The notes: generated by a model from the sequence alone, not told the origin. Numbered from the stretch's first letter, positions 1 through 15,419 are shown. The stretch is 64,000 bases of DNA from Eledone cirrhosa (GCA_964016885.1 OZ024743.1:278938001-279002000), one strand, 5' to 3'. Program-made: numbers and translations.

Positions 1-272
1 CTTTCAAACCTTCCATTATCGAAGTGTCATCCATATGCAACCTAAACCCATCACCCCAAACATATACTGTCTCCATGAACAGAGAATTCGAAGACATTCT
101 CATATGTGGTCATGTCAGTCTTGTCATTTTCAAAAACAATGAACACAATAAACAGAATAAGAAAATAATATCGTAATCTTAACTCACGTAAGTTAACAAC
201 AGGCATAAACTATATCACACAACTGCTCTTCCTCTTTAGAGTAAACAAATATTCCAGTTCCCAATAATCCAT

Positions 273-483
273 TGTTTCTACTTAAGGCATACGGCCAGCA
301 ATTTGAAGGGGAGGGGAAAGTCGATTAGATTGATCCCAGAGTATTACCTGTGCTTTATTTTGTCCACCCCGTAAGGATGAAAGGCAAAGCTAACCTCGGC
401 GAGATTTGAACTCAGAACGTAAAGGGCCGTAATTCTATGCTGCGAAACATGTTGTCCAAGCGCTAACGATACTGCTAATTCAC
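273..483 (-). mobile_element. tRNA-derived SINE with Deu/Nin-type central domain
   Basis: Minus strand has a degenerate tRNA-like head with B-box-like GAGTTCAAATC, then GCCGAGGTTAGCTTTGCCTTTCATCCTTACGGGG (Deu/Nin core). Several other copies occur in the window. Confidence 0.75.
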
Positions 484-1411
484 TTAATAAAACCTATTAA
501 AAATCCGAATGAGACTCACAACGAAATTGTGATATAATATTTTGGAGGAGCTGCTGCTAAGCCTAGATATTCTAGTCCACTTTAAACAGTCATATTTGTC
601 TCTTCAGCTCTCGTCACATTGTATTCATGCATTTCCCAGATTCGTACATACGATTGTTCCCAGTTTTTCCCTCACCGATTGTCAGGTCTCAGGAATACTA
701 TCCTTACCCATGTTTTTCTTACAGTGATCCACTTCCAACTGTTCTAGATAACATATACCACGTTGATCTCACCAATCTCGGAGATTCTAGAATGGTTATC
801 GACATAGCTCCTTTTTTTCTTTTTTTTTCAGAGGAAACAGCATAGATAAAACCGACAATACTGAGACTCTTGTTAATGTACACTTTTACGAGCAACGGAT
901 AAAATGCAAATAAAATATCCATAATCCGCTTTCTTTTGTTAGGGTGCCAGGGTATAATTTAATGCAGATCTAGTTGCTATTTCTAATAGCCCCAGAGACC
1001 ACTCCGTGTGCTGTTGTTGGCAGCTGTTGATATTGTTGTAACTGCTTTTGTTGTACATGTTCTTGCTACTGTTGCCGCTGCTGCTGCAATTTTTAGTTTT
1101 GTTGTTGATGTTGTTGCAGTTGTTGCTGAGGTTGTTGGCTTTATTGGTACTGTTGTTGTTGTTAGTGTTGTATGTTTGCCGTTATTTATGCTACAAACTT
1201 ACTGTTATTTTTAGTTGATTTTCTATTGTCGCTCTGGTATCAGATGCTTCTATTATTAATGTTTTGTTTGTTTTCGTTGTGGCTGATGTTGTTGTTGTTG
1301 GTGGTGGTGTTGGTATTGTCGTTGTTGTTGTTGTCGGTGTTATCTCTGCATTTCATTAATTCCTTTCGCTTATTTCGAAATTATTTGTGGAACCATCACT
1401 GAAAATCTTCC

Positions 1412-1490
<79 letters not shown>

Positions 1491-1675
1491 CCTCTCTCTC
1501 CCTCTCTCTCTCTCTCCCTCCCCATTCTCTCTCTCACTTTATCTCCTGTTCACCAACGCCATCACATACACATACACAAACAATATATGTGTATTGATTA
1601 CCGCATACCACACATAAATATATACATAAACATATTTATATACATACACATAATACATATATATATATATATATG

Positions 1676-1734
<59 letters not shown>

Positions 1735-1737
1735 ATG

Positions 1738-1846
<109 letters not shown>

Positions 1847-2258
1847 CTATATTGTAAATCCAAACACACACAACCATAAAGATACCGCCGCTTCTATTAA
1901 AAATATCCACACACACACACACATCTATTCAAAATATCCATTGCCGTATGATATTTGATGTGTAAAGAAATGGCATTCTCGCATATCTCATTTTTATGTA
2001 ATATCCCTGCGCCATCGTTATGATATTCCTAATATTAATATTTGTATCATTATTTGTAGTAATCGTATTAGCTAAGTCAACTGACAGTTAGTAGTAGAGG
2101 CAGTAGATTATTAGAGAACACGCTTTGCACTACTTTTTATTATTACGAATCCTGCCCGAAACATCTTCATGATATTTAGGTTAATAAAATAAGTACCAGA
2201 AAAATACTAGTTTCTATATTATCCCCAGTAACTTGCCTTAAAATTTGTGGCATAGGTA

Positions 2259-2884
2259 CTAGCCGAATTACCCGCGCCTTGCTGCGTTTCACACATTTTT
2301 TTGTTGTAAGAAAATGATGATTGATTTTAAATCAGTGATATAATTTATGGAGAAAAACTCTGCATTTCAATATTACTCAATGTAAAATGTAATGCAGGAA
2401 AATTGGAAAACATTATTTTTTGTGATATATCAAATCAAAATTACATTATTAAATCTTATTCTTATTTTGTTTCTTGTAAATAATTTTTTTCAAAATATCA
2501 ATTCAAAACTTTTGTGTATAGCATCATATCTTGTAATTTATCTATGGTTTAAATTTTATATGAATCGAAGGGTAAATATTTTTAGCGGTGGGTTTGTGCC
2601 CCCGGGGAACCCTAATAGGGGGTGTGACCCCATTAGGGTGTCTTAATATAATTGAAATTTGTTGAAATTTTGTAAATAGGTTTCATATCTTATAATTTAT
2701 CTATGGTTTTCAGCGTGGGTTTGTGCCCCCGAGGAACCCTTTGATTAAAATGAAATATACTTATCCATGTACCCTGGGCAATGTAGTTTCATAATATATA
2801 TAGTTATGGGGGCCTATCTTCCAAACCATAGGAGGAGTTCGTGAACAAACAAACAAACAGGAACTACAACTTTATATATGTAGA
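2259..2884 (-). mobile_element. Non-autonomous Helitron-type element
   Basis: Minus strand starts TC (TCTACATATATAAAGTTG..., followed by (GTTT)n) and ends with a GC-rich subterminal hairpin and CTAG (..GCGCGGGTAATTCGGCTAG). Inserted between A and T with no TSD. Confidence 0.7.
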
Positions 2885-4186
2885 TTCATGTTTTAGTAGG
2901 AAGTCGGGCGGTAATTGTCCGACTTGGTAGAGCGTCGCACAAAACGTCTCGTACTATTGGACCAGTGGTTTGACAGATTCAGGAGAGCATCAGACAAAAT
3001 GGATTCTGTTATTGAAACAGTTGATTAGTAGCATCATCACTACAGTATCTAACAAAATATCCTATGGTATCTGAAATATGGTTGTCAAAATCGATAGAGC
3101 ATCAGATAAAATGCTTTGTAGTATTGGAAATGTCAGACTCAGTAGATCATATAAATACCTTGTGGCGTTTTTTTTTTACATTCTGTTATAATCTGAGCTT
3201 AAATTCTGACCAGGTTAAATTTTCTTTTTTTCTATTTGAAGAGGCTTGGATAAAATGTGCGCCTTGGTCGATTAAATCAACTTTACGCTTTCCTTTAAAA
3301 ATGTTTATTATTGTGCCAATTTTGTAAATAATTATTAAAGAAGACTGGAGTAGATATTGGCTTGCATTAAATCTGGTCAATTAGGATTAAATTGTAATTA
3401 AAACCTATTAACAACAACAGAAACAAAGACATCAACAATCATAAATATTATAGTTCCATTACAACACGCCACCATTGAAATAATATGTTAAATTCAAGTC
3501 GCCAAGTAAACCATTACGAGATCACTCAGCCGGCTAGAATTTGTGGTTAAATCTGAAATCATACCCAATTGAATTGGAATGGACCTGCGTCAGCTTCAGA
3601 TAAATGGCCCTTAGACAGGACGTAGTGCAATGAGATTGAAATCGGGGGCCATGAATTAATGTGTTCCCCATACTGACATGAGGCTAAACATCACCCAGCA
3701 TGATTATAAATGTGACCACCTCTCTGTTGTAGCTACAACAGACATAACCACGACAGTATCATAAACACTTTCATCCATACGAAAGCGACCGATCAAAAAA
3801 GAAGAATCTTAAATCCTAAGATTACGAGCTAAAAGTAGCTATCAATTTCCACTCAAATCAAACTAGTGACTTAAAAAATCGGCTCAACGGATAACGCAAT
3901 TCCTAGATATATCATGTCTTTAGAAAAAGACACAATCGTCACAGTTTGAACACATTTCAAAATAGTTCTGCTTGTTCAGAGTAGATGTGGCGCTAAACAA
4001 CAACACTATAAGAAAACAAAGATAATCAACCCGGCAAACACCACCACCATCACTACCACGATTAATCTAACACAACTAATAGCACGACCATCCTCCTAAA
4101 TGTCTGGGTTGCTAACAAAATCCTCGCTGAATCAATCGATGTCACTGCTGTATTCACCATCACAACCAACAATAATACTATGATAA

Positions 4187-4576
4187 TTGCTTCTACTTTT
4201 CGCACAAGGCCAGCAAATTACCCAGTACATTACTGGTACTTTATTTTATCGACTCCGTAACGATGAAAGGCAAGGTTAACCTCGGTGGGATTTGAACTTA
4301 GACCATAAAGGGCCGTAACTCTTTCCTGCAAAGCATGGCGTCAGACCCTCTACCGATACTGCCAATCTTGTGCATACAATAATACTATGATAATAATTGT
4401 TTCTACTTTTGGCACAAGGCCAGCAATTATACCGTACATTACTGGTACTTTATTTTATCGACACCGTAAGGATGAAAGGCAAAGTTAACCTCGGCGGGAT
4501 TTGAACTCAGAATGACAAGGGCCATAACTCTATGCGTCAAAGCATGGCGTCTGACCCTCTACCGATACTGCCAATC
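4187..4576 (-). mobile_element. Two tandem copies of the Deu/Nin-type tRNA-SINE
   Basis: ~4187-4367 and ~4398-4576 are similar direct repeats, each with GATGAAAGGCAA..GTTAACCTCGG..GGATTTGAACT and each preceded by AATAATACTATGATAAT. Confidence 0.8.
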
Positions 4577-4759
4577 TATAACGACGACAATGATCAACAA
4601 GACATCACCACTACCACCATCAGAACAACTATTACCTCTCTCATGATATATACCGGTACAACTTCCCTCCTCTGAAATCATCAAGGTTACGACACTAACA
4701 ACAACAGCATCTACAATCACTACCATACATACAGCACCAGCTCCGCCACAATCGTGGTT

Positions 4760-5400
<641 letters not shown>

Positions 5401-6194
5401 ATTGTAATCGCTTCGACGGCCAATAACACCAATTACCACTAGCACAGCCACCACCACAATTACCATAACCCCCTACAATCTCTACCGTTATATCTGTCAT
5501 CACCACATAACTGCCGCCACAACCAATTCAGTATTGATGGCCTCCTCTATCTTACTGTCAAAATGGCGTATTGGTGCAACAGATAATTCTATATAGATTG
5601 TTTGATATCGTTGATGAAAAATGTTGATAAAGCATGTAGTACACTATGCTAATATCTTCTGACAGTTCGAATTGGTAGTTTGTAAAGTTTTATCGTCAAT
5701 GCAATATCTTGAATTAACATCTTATCTCATTTATAAACAGTTTAATATGAACTAAAATAATGAGCCACAAAGAAGGCGACTGGCTAAAATAACAAGTGTG
5801 CAACCGAAATTGTACTGATCTTAAAGAAAGATACCTGCTTTGTGCTTGATGCTGCTATGGTTGTTGTTGCTTTTGCAGATGTTGTTGTTGTCGTTGTTGC
5901 TGTTCTAGTTCTTCCTGTTGCTGTAGAATCGACGCTCTTATTGTGTGAATTTTACTCGCTGCCAAACTCTTTTTCACAAGCCCATCACATTTCTATCTCT
6001 ATCGGTCTATCACCGAGTTCTGTGAAACTGCTCTCTTGGTGCCTCATTGTCTCTCTATTACCTTTTATCTCACACACGGACGCACATTGAAATGAAGAAA
6101 GGAACGCTCAGGTCACGGTCCATTTTCCGTCAATCTTTGAAGAGTATTTGCAGAAGGTGTACCAAAATACTGTTAGAATTGGACCTCTATCGGC

Positions 6195-6420
6195 AAGGAT
6201 AATGCGTGTAATTAAGTTGAAAATAACGCGCAAGTGACTAAGTATTCCACAGTAACGTGTACCTTTAACCTAATTCTCAGTGGGACTCCGTATGACAGAG
6301 CTGGCCCATCGAGGGGCTGGTACAGCCCTTTTAATCTAAGTGGAATAGAGCAACCCGAAATAAAGTGTCATGCTAAAAGCCTCAACCAAACATCGGGAAT
6401 AGAAACCAAGATACTGAGGG
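6195..6420 (-). mobile_element. Degenerate copy of a second SINE family
   Basis: GAAATAAAGTGTCATGCTAAAAGCCTCAAC-type motif and a body resembling 30660-30880 and 48580-48753. Confidence 0.4.
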
Positions 6421-6721
6421 AGAGAGGAAATGGCAATGTAGACATGTATACAGATACGACTACGCCCATGATATGAGAGCTTTTCCTCGAGTAAATCAAG
6501 AACAGATTTAAAAGGAAGAACCGAAAGCTTAACTTCTACATTCCCCACGACAAACTCACACAACACCACAAATACATACACACATTCATTTACAAATACA
6601 CAAACGCACATACACGCGAGCACGCACACATAGATATACATACAAATATTTAGCGAATATCAAGGCCAACACGGATGCAAATAGACAGAGGCTACACAAA
6701 CTGTACTCATATATATATATA

Positions 6722-7400
6722 TATCAAATTACAAAATATGAGGAAATAATAGACAAAAATATACCTATTTTTTCTTCAAAGTCCAGACTGCAGTTTCGCC
6801 GATTCGTGGGCACTAATTTCTGCGCTTTAAAAGTGCATCATCGCTGGGAGGTTGATACGGCTTAGCAAGAGGCCCCTCAGAAAAATGGACTGTTTCCTGA
6901 TGAGTTTATAGCAAGTGAGAAAGTCTCAGAGGCGGGGGGAGAGATTAACACGTGATATAGTTATTCCCTCACTGTCCACCTTACAACCCTTCTGTGACCA
7001 CTGTATCCATGTGTTTATCTCTCTCCTCGCCTCCCGGGAAATTCTCACTTGCTAACAAAGAAAAAATCCTTTTTTTGACCACTATATCACGTGTTAATCT
7101 CCCTCTCTAGCTCTGAGACTTTCTCACTTGCTATAAACGCGTCAGGAAACAGTCCATTTTTCTCAGGGGTCTTTTGATAAGCCGTATCAACCTCACAGCG
7201 ATGATGCACTTTTAGAGAAATCGGTGCACACGGATCGGCGAAACTGCAGTCGGGACTTTGAAGAAAAAATAGGTATATTTTTGTCTATTATTTCCTCATA
7301 TTTTCTAATTTGATAAATAGCTCTGATTATGGAGTTGATTTAATTATTTTAGTTATTTTAACTCTCGGTCATCGAGCAATAGTTGTTAAGGCGGACACCA
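6722..7400 (+). mobile_element. Fold-back (inverted-repeat) cassette, Penelope-like pLTR remnant
   Basis: Imperfect inverted arms 6722-6961 / 7081-7315, unique tail to ~7400, (TA)n on the left. Hammerhead-like motif in the arms. Confidence 0.7.
7169..7256 (+). ncRNA. Degenerate type I hammerhead ribozyme with extended stem II
   Basis: Stem I GTCTT/GGGAC (G-U pairs), core TTGATAA, stem II GCCG...CGGC, GAAA, palindromic stem III CTGCAG, GUC triplet. Confidence 0.55.
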
Positions 7401-7460
7401 CACACATATACATATTATGAATATGTGTGTGTATTTCATTATTATATATATGTGTGTGTG

Positions 7461-7518
<58 letters not shown>

Positions 7519-7529
7519 TCTCTCTCACT

Positions 7530-7563
<34 letters not shown>

Positions 7564-7587
7564 CTATCTCTCTGTATATATATCTAT

Positions 7588-7735
7588 CTAAGGCGGGTAA
7601 AATTCCCGAGATCCATGGACGAGTTCTCTCCAGCGGTCTCTGTCCCTCATTATCGCTGCTATGTCCTGCGTCTCCAACAGACCACTGTCTGTCCTTAGGG
7701 CATGAACATACGTTAACCTTGATCTTCCTCTTCTA
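7588..7735 (-). mobile_element. 3' fragment of an RTE-clade LINE
   Basis: Translates [13 protein letters not shown]...[15 protein letters not shown], typical of RTE ORF C-termini. Flanked by microsatellites. Confidence 0.65.
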
Positions 7736-7740
7736 GTGTA

Positions 7741-7802
<62 letters not shown>

Positions 7803-7804
7803 TA

Positions 7805-7836
<32 letters not shown>

Positions 7837-7854
7837 CATATATATATATATAAG

Positions 7855-8216
7855 TAAGTATGTTTTGAAACAGTGAGCAGGTTTAAAATTAGAAAATAGA
7901 ATATCTTTCACCGTATTTTTGACTAAAGGAATTTTAGCGTGATAATGGGGTTTAGAACCCTCAGATACATGGAAAAAGATGAGTATTGACGTACATGGGA
8001 GTCGAACCCACATCTTTGGTTATCGCGACCACTGTGCTACCATTACACCAACATATCACCCATATGATATGTTGTTGTAATGGTAGAACAGTGGTCGCGA
8101 TAACCAAAGATGTGGGTTCGACTCCCATGTACGTCAATACTCATCTTTTTCCATGTATCTGAGGGTTCTAAACCCCATTATCACGCTAAAATTCCTTTAG
8201 TCAAAAATACGGTGAA

Positions 8217-8222
<6 letters not shown>
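7855..8222 (-). mobile_element. Palindromic tRNA-headed element (two divergent tRNA-like heads)
   Basis: Arms 7901-8058 / 8065-8222 (158 bp, 2 mismatches, 6-bp spacer). Each inner end is a tRNA-like unit with A-box-like T(G/T)GTGTAATGG and B-box GGTTCGACTCC. Unique tail 7855-7900; (TA)n on both sides. Confidence 0.8.
7987..8058 (-). pseudogene. tRNA-like head (SINE-type, not a functional tRNA)
   Basis: TGATATG..TACGTCA imperfect acceptor, GTGT/GCAC D-stem, TGGT/ACCA anticodon stem, GTGGG-TTCGACT-CCCAT T-arm. Non-canonical anticodon loop (no U33). Confidence 0.55.
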
Positions 8223-8292
<70 letters not shown>

Positions 8293-8500
8293 CTTTGATT
8301 TAATGAATATATGTAGGTCAGTACATACATATATATATTTATTTATATATACATATATATATTTATATAAATATATACATTTGCTTATATGAAAATATAT
8401 ATATATATATATATGTGTGTGTATATATATATATATACATACATATATATATGTATATACTTACATATATATATACACACACATACACACACACATATAC

Positions 8501-8531
<31 letters not shown>

Positions 8532-8561
8532 TATATATGTATTTATACATATATATGTATA

Positions 8562-8745
<184 letters not shown>

Positions 8746-9059
8746 TGTATTCATGTCTCTATAATTTTGAAAAAAACAAAACCTGACGGCAATCTCTAGA
8801 ATTCTGTCTCCACACCAGTCCCCATATTGCAACAAAGAGTTTTCTTTGATGTTTCCTTATGTCAACATACCGCGCAGTCTGTTACGATATAACTAGAAAA
8901 TAATTACAAAATTGATACCTAGTTTAAATATAACCGTTTATCATCGATTTGTCATTCATTTACTTATATCTATTATTCCTTATCCCCTTCCACTTCCTCT
9001 ACCCACATTCCTTTCGTTTGCTTCTGTTGATGTTGTTATTTTTTGCTTTCTCATATACA

Positions 9060-9659
<600 letters not shown>

Positions 9660-9660
<1 letters not shown>

Positions 9661-9890
9661 GAAGCAGGGCCCCGCCCGTGTAGGGTTCCTTAGCCAGCCT
9701 CTCTATTTTGTACCGCATAAATTGGAACTTGTAGGGAATTGTTTTGTTCGAATGACACTTTTGCCTCCCTCCTACCCTACCACCGATGACAAGTGCCAAC
9801 CTCATTGCTAACACCTTAGACAACATTTTAAACACTGCATTTAACAGATTTATAGACCTGAACTTTTCTATATTTTTCCCTCTTGTTTGA
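9660..9890 (-). mobile_element. Old degenerate RT fragment related to the Tx1/L1 family at 33-36 kb
   Basis: NIEKFRSINLLNAVFKMLSKVLAMRLALVIGG...MRYKIERLAKEPYTGGAL aligns with NIENFRPITLLNTEFKILAKVLAKRLALVVGG...MRYIVERVAREPGTGGSL in ORF 33885..36443. Confidence 0.8.
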
Positions 9891-12527
9891 GTCCTTTCTT
9901 AATCACACCACCGCCCCTCAGCTCACAGAACTGAGAATTCTCTTATTCTGCTGCCCATCTCGCCGCGATCATGTCAGCTTCCAAAGTTGACATCATAACT
10001 TTAATACTCTAGACTAGTTATACAACAAATGTTTCTACACAGAGCCAAAATGTGAGCCTTTATAATGTTGTGTGACCAGCTAGAAACAGCAAACAAATCT
10101 CTCTCAAATCATTCTCTTAAAAAGTTGAGATGATACATAGGATAATACAGTCATAGTTTCGAGTCAAATGACGGGGATTTTAACGATCGATATACATCTC
10201 GTTGTAGGTCTCCTTGACAAGGTTTGTCCGGGGGTTAAATAACAACAATAGCTGCAAAATCAGATCTGTGTACCAATAATATAGAATAGATTCTTTAACG
10301 ATTCTAAACCAAACAACATGCTTTTGATCTAACTAAAGAACATGCAACATTGGATATATGGCCAAGAAGTGTGCCACACCATTTCCCTTGTCATCCGTGA
10401 GATTTTTATATTTAGGAATATCTAATATAACGCAAATTTTATGTTGCCATAGATAATCTCTGAACGAGTAGACCTATGATCAAAGGCGTCTTAAGTATAA
10501 ACTTCGTGTCAATTCTTCTCCAGATAGTGTTTATTTAGAACTACTACAAAACCCAGTAAGTCTCTCGTGCAACGATACTCCCACTCATTCGTTCCTTTGC
10601 TCTTTTATTCCTTTATTCTATTCATATACCTTGTTGAACACATAGTATATAAACGATGTTGTTTAGTATCAAATCTGCACTCATTAAAGAAGACATGTGC
10701 TGAACTATATTCCACCCACGACTTCTCTTTTCATACTGTCTTGGCAGGCCCTCTGAGTTCAGTGAAATTAATACTTTTGCTGTAACACTTAAACTGTTTT
10801 TAAAGGAAAAACAAGGAAGAGGAAGGAATTACAGACGGCTGATATTCTGAGCAAAAAAGGACTGGAGGTGATGGTGGTGCTAGTTAGGACGTTGTCTGGA
10901 GTGTTCGACACAAGGTGGGTTAGGAGTGGAAAAGAGACAAATGGGTGGTGAGTATCTGGGGTGTGGGGTAGGGCGAGATCAGTGCGATCAGGAGAACAGA
11001 GCTTTGTAGCAGCTCTAGAGAAGGCGAAGAAAACAGCTTATCTGTGAGCCAGAGTTTTAATGGAGATGGTGAGTGAACATATGCACATTATTCAGGGTTT
11101 AGAATATATGTGTGTGCAGCAAGAACACCGTCCTAATCATGGTAGTAGTATTCCATTGGTGTGCTGTATATATAATAATTTAAACACACTGCTGTTTGAT
11201 TCATTTTCTGCCCTTTAGCTAGAGTGTTCAGCACCTACAACAGTTAAACATATCTCTATATGCGATCTATTTATATCTAACAGAAGAAAATTATTGAATA
11301 ACGTTACTGTTGTTGTTTAAGCTCAGGTCAGCCATGATTGAACAGACCTATGATCAAAAGAATTCCAGCCGAGACCATCATGCAACTATCGTTGCTGTAG
11401 ACGGCGGTACTATTGAAGATATTGAAACTTGGTGTTAATGAAGAAGTGATGCAGAATAAAATAATTTATTATTAGCTCTCTCGGGAATAACCGATGGATC
11501 TTTGGAATCGCCTGCGCTTTATTCTGTTTTATCAATATCATCCCGATCCACCACACCTGTCTTTCTTTAAGTACAGTTAGGCATCATAAAATAAAATTAT
11601 ACTTTTTATACCAGAATTCCAAGAGGCTAGCGATTTGTTAGAAGCGTTAGAGCGTCGAACAAAATACTTTAAAACAACATGAAAACAAGAACAGCAACAA
11701 CCTGATGCGGTAGTACTTTATATACGTCTTGTCTGAAATTAAAACGGGATGCTCTCGGCTGGAACGCTTTTGAACAGTCTCTTTACAGTCGCCGATCTAC
11801 TAGAATTAGCAACCAAATCTCTTTCATATCACACTAAATTTAAGAAGAATGTTTATAGGATTGTATAGTATGTGTAAGAGTGTGGATAAAGATTCGTGAG
11901 GTCGAGGTTGGAATTCCTTTGATGATAGGATTGCTTAATCGGGAATGATCTAGGTCTATACGACGTAAACAATAACAGCATAATAATCATTGTCAGCAAC
12001 ATCATCAACAATAACAACGATAACAATAACGACAACAACAACAACAGGAGACTGTTTGAACAGGGACGTAAGTACAAATAGAAAGTTAAAAGTCAAACAA
12101 ATCGTATTATGTAATTATGTCCTGTACGGTACACCATAGACAACGTCAGTGGACTTTGTGTGGCCGGGATGTTTCACAACTAAACTAATTACTGGCACAA
12201 ACATCGATTTGATTTCAGATAATATATCGAAAGACTTGGAAGCTTTCCTAATGTTTTCAGTACACAGAAAATCGATATCGTAGACGTTGATCAGTCCTGA
12301 CGCCCAACTCATTGACGATAAAAGCAATTCATTTAGTAAAATACATACAAGAAAGAATAACAAAAACAAAACAAAACAAAAACAGAAACAAAGAAGTAGT
12401 ATAGTAAAAAAAGTAAAGTACAAAATGAACTTACATTTGAGATAAACTTAGATTAAAGAGACGACATACACACAAAAACATTCATATAACACACACACAC
12501 ACACGCGCACACACACACACACACACT

Positions 12528-12573
<46 letters not shown>

Positions 12574-12753
12574 CGTAAATGTTTGTATAGCTCGCCGCCG
12601 CCACATATATGTATATGCATATATATAGGGTTATTATATATCTCATGCAGATCCATTGAGAAAGCTGCATACTCTTATATATTATATATATATAAATATA
12701 TATATATATATCTGTACGTACACATATACATGTGTGTGTGTATGCGTGTGTGA

Positions 12754-12815
<62 letters not shown>

Positions 12816-13145
12816 CTATATAATTCTCATTCTTATTGCGTACCAAAATCTAACTCAGTTTAATATTCCACAAATAACGTCAACGGGCGTAGGCGCGACC
12901 ATATGATTATGCACAAACATGCAGACACAAATATGCAGACACACATACACACACGCACGCACACACACTCACACACACACTTATACGCATGCACGCCTTT
13001 ATATATATATGTATTTTTAAAATATATTTATAAAAGCATGAATAAACCCAGAATATACAACCACGAATACATCCAGACACACAAACATATACATGTACAT
13101 ATACATATGCCTGGAAATATGCTAATGAGTATACATGCATATATG

Positions 13146-13183
<38 letters not shown>

Positions 13184-13185
13184 TG

Positions 13186-13307
<122 letters not shown>

Positions 13308-13313
13308 TGCATG

Positions 13314-13411
<98 letters not shown>

Positions 13412-13532
13412 TATTCGAGCGGTTGTGTTTGCATAAATGTGTTGTATGTGCGCATACTTTATTTTGTATGTAATGTACATAACATTACATACGTATATTA
13501 TCTTTTCATATTTTGTATATATATAGTATCCG

Positions 13533-13712
13533 ATTTGGCAGTATTGGTAGAGGTCGGACGCTATGAATGCAACATAGAGCTACGGCCCTTTGTGGTCTGA
13601 GTACAAATCCTGCTGAGGTTAACTTTGCATTTCGTCCTCACGGGATCGATAAAATAAAGTACCAGTAATGCACTGGAATAATTGGTGGCCTTGTGCCAAA
13701 AGTAGAACCAAT
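13533..13712 (+). mobile_element. Deu/Nin-type tRNA-SINE copy
   Basis: Reverse-orientation homolog of the copies at 4.2-4.6 kb (GAGGTTAACTTTGCATTTCGTCC...GATAAAATAAAGTACCAG). Confidence 0.75.
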
Positions 13713-14048
13713 TATATATACACATTTTGCTTATTTTGTATTCAGTAAGAAGTATGTTTATAGCGAGGTCACTTATACACTCCTTTTGAACCTAATCATA
13801 ACAATATTTATATCGGGCCAACAATTCACTTATTTTTTATTCTTATTTTACTTTACTTTGAAAAAAGTTTAACTCTCTTTGAAATCCCTGAAGTAAACAA
13901 ACAAAAAGAATGAACCTCAAATATATCTCAACTTTATTGTGGAAAGTTATCTCGCCTTGTACAGTATCTAGATGGTTATTAGTCTTGTCAGAGGCTGATG
14001 AAATAAAGACATTTTCTTCGCTATACACATATATATATACATACATAA

Positions 14049-14144
<96 letters not shown>

Positions 14145-14799
14145 CTAATGTTCGTTTCTAGAAAGTTTGATTTACTTTACAGTGTTTACCGGTAAATAAT
14201 TCTATTTTTCCAATAATCCTTTAGATCTTGTGGACGAAACTTAAAAATATCAATGAATTTACTTGCATTCATCTTGCAGATATGCCAGGCCTCTCCAAGT
14301 ATACCTATGTAATTTATAATTATCCATTTTGATTTTGTTTCCACATTATTATATTTCCATAATTTTTGTGTTCATTCATCATTGTTCAATGAAGAAAATT
14401 ACCTACACAAGCCACACTCAATGAAGGACATCACAACGTGAAGGAATCCCAATATTGAGACAGTTCCTCACATACTACACATTCCGTGTGTTCTTGCAAG
14501 CATGTAAATGATTGAAGTCACGGTATATAGTAGTCACAGTCGCGCATGGTACCCGCACGAGAATATCGCATAAGTTGGGCCCAAATTATTACTTGCACGT
14601 GATGTATTTTTTAGTAAGGACAACTGACACAAGACCATCAATACTCTCTGACTAAGGACTTTTGCAGATGTGACTGGATTCAAGAGTTGTAGGAGATATG
14701 ACAGTCTTTAAAGTTTAACCAAAAACAGTCTGTTTGGACCTTAGTACCATATTTCTGTGAGGAATGTTTCTATTTGTATTCGTAACATCCATTGCTCCC

Positions 14800-14844
<45 letters not shown>

Positions 14845-14850
<6 letters not shown>

Positions 14851-15268
14851 AAAGAATAGAGGTGTAACACACAAGTTATTATATATTGGTAAACGGAATA
14901 GAAAATGCTGACAAATTGTTCACAGTTGAAAAATGGTTTAATTAGGAATAAAAGAGTATTAGTGATTGTATGGGTTAGTATTCAGATGTGGTTTTAAGTT
15001 TTTAAGTTTTTACCGGTTGCGCATTTCTAAATGCTTTTCAAAAATAATTTTGAGATAGAGTGTCCGTGCTGTTTGCTCTGATCATGTCTGCTGGACACTC
15101 TATCTCAAAATTATTTTTGAAAAGCATTTAGAAATGCGCAACCGGTAAAAACTTAAAAACTTAAAACCACATCTGAATACTAACCCATACAATCACTAAT
15201 ACTCTTTTATTCCTAATTAAACCATTTTTCAACTGTGAACAATTTGTCAGCATTTTCTATTCCGTTTA

Positions 15269-15277
<9 letters not shown>
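14845..15277 (-). mobile_element. Fold-back cassette in (TA)n
   Basis: Perfect 185-bp inverted arms 14881-15065 / 15093-15277, 27-bp spacer, ~35-bp unique tail on the left. Degenerate hammerhead-like motif at 15112-15152 (TTGAAAA, GCATTT/AAATGC, GCAA, CCGG, TA). Confidence 0.8.
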
Positions 15278-15320
<43 letters not shown>

Positions 15321-15321
15321 A

Positions 15322-15414
<93 letters not shown>

Positions 15415-15419
15415 TGTGT

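Noticed and set aside
6893-6932. Alternative hammerhead using CTGATGA at ~6897
   Set aside because: Stems I and III do not pair convincingly, and the mirror arm has lost the core.
8065-8136. Functional tRNA gene
   Set aside because: Mismatched acceptor and D stems, non-canonical anticodon loop, embedded in a palindromic insert; treated as a SINE-type head.
14461-14768. Short TTCCTCACA/TGTGAGGAA inverted repeat as MITE ends
   Set aside because: Only 9 bp, no TSD and no second copy in the window.
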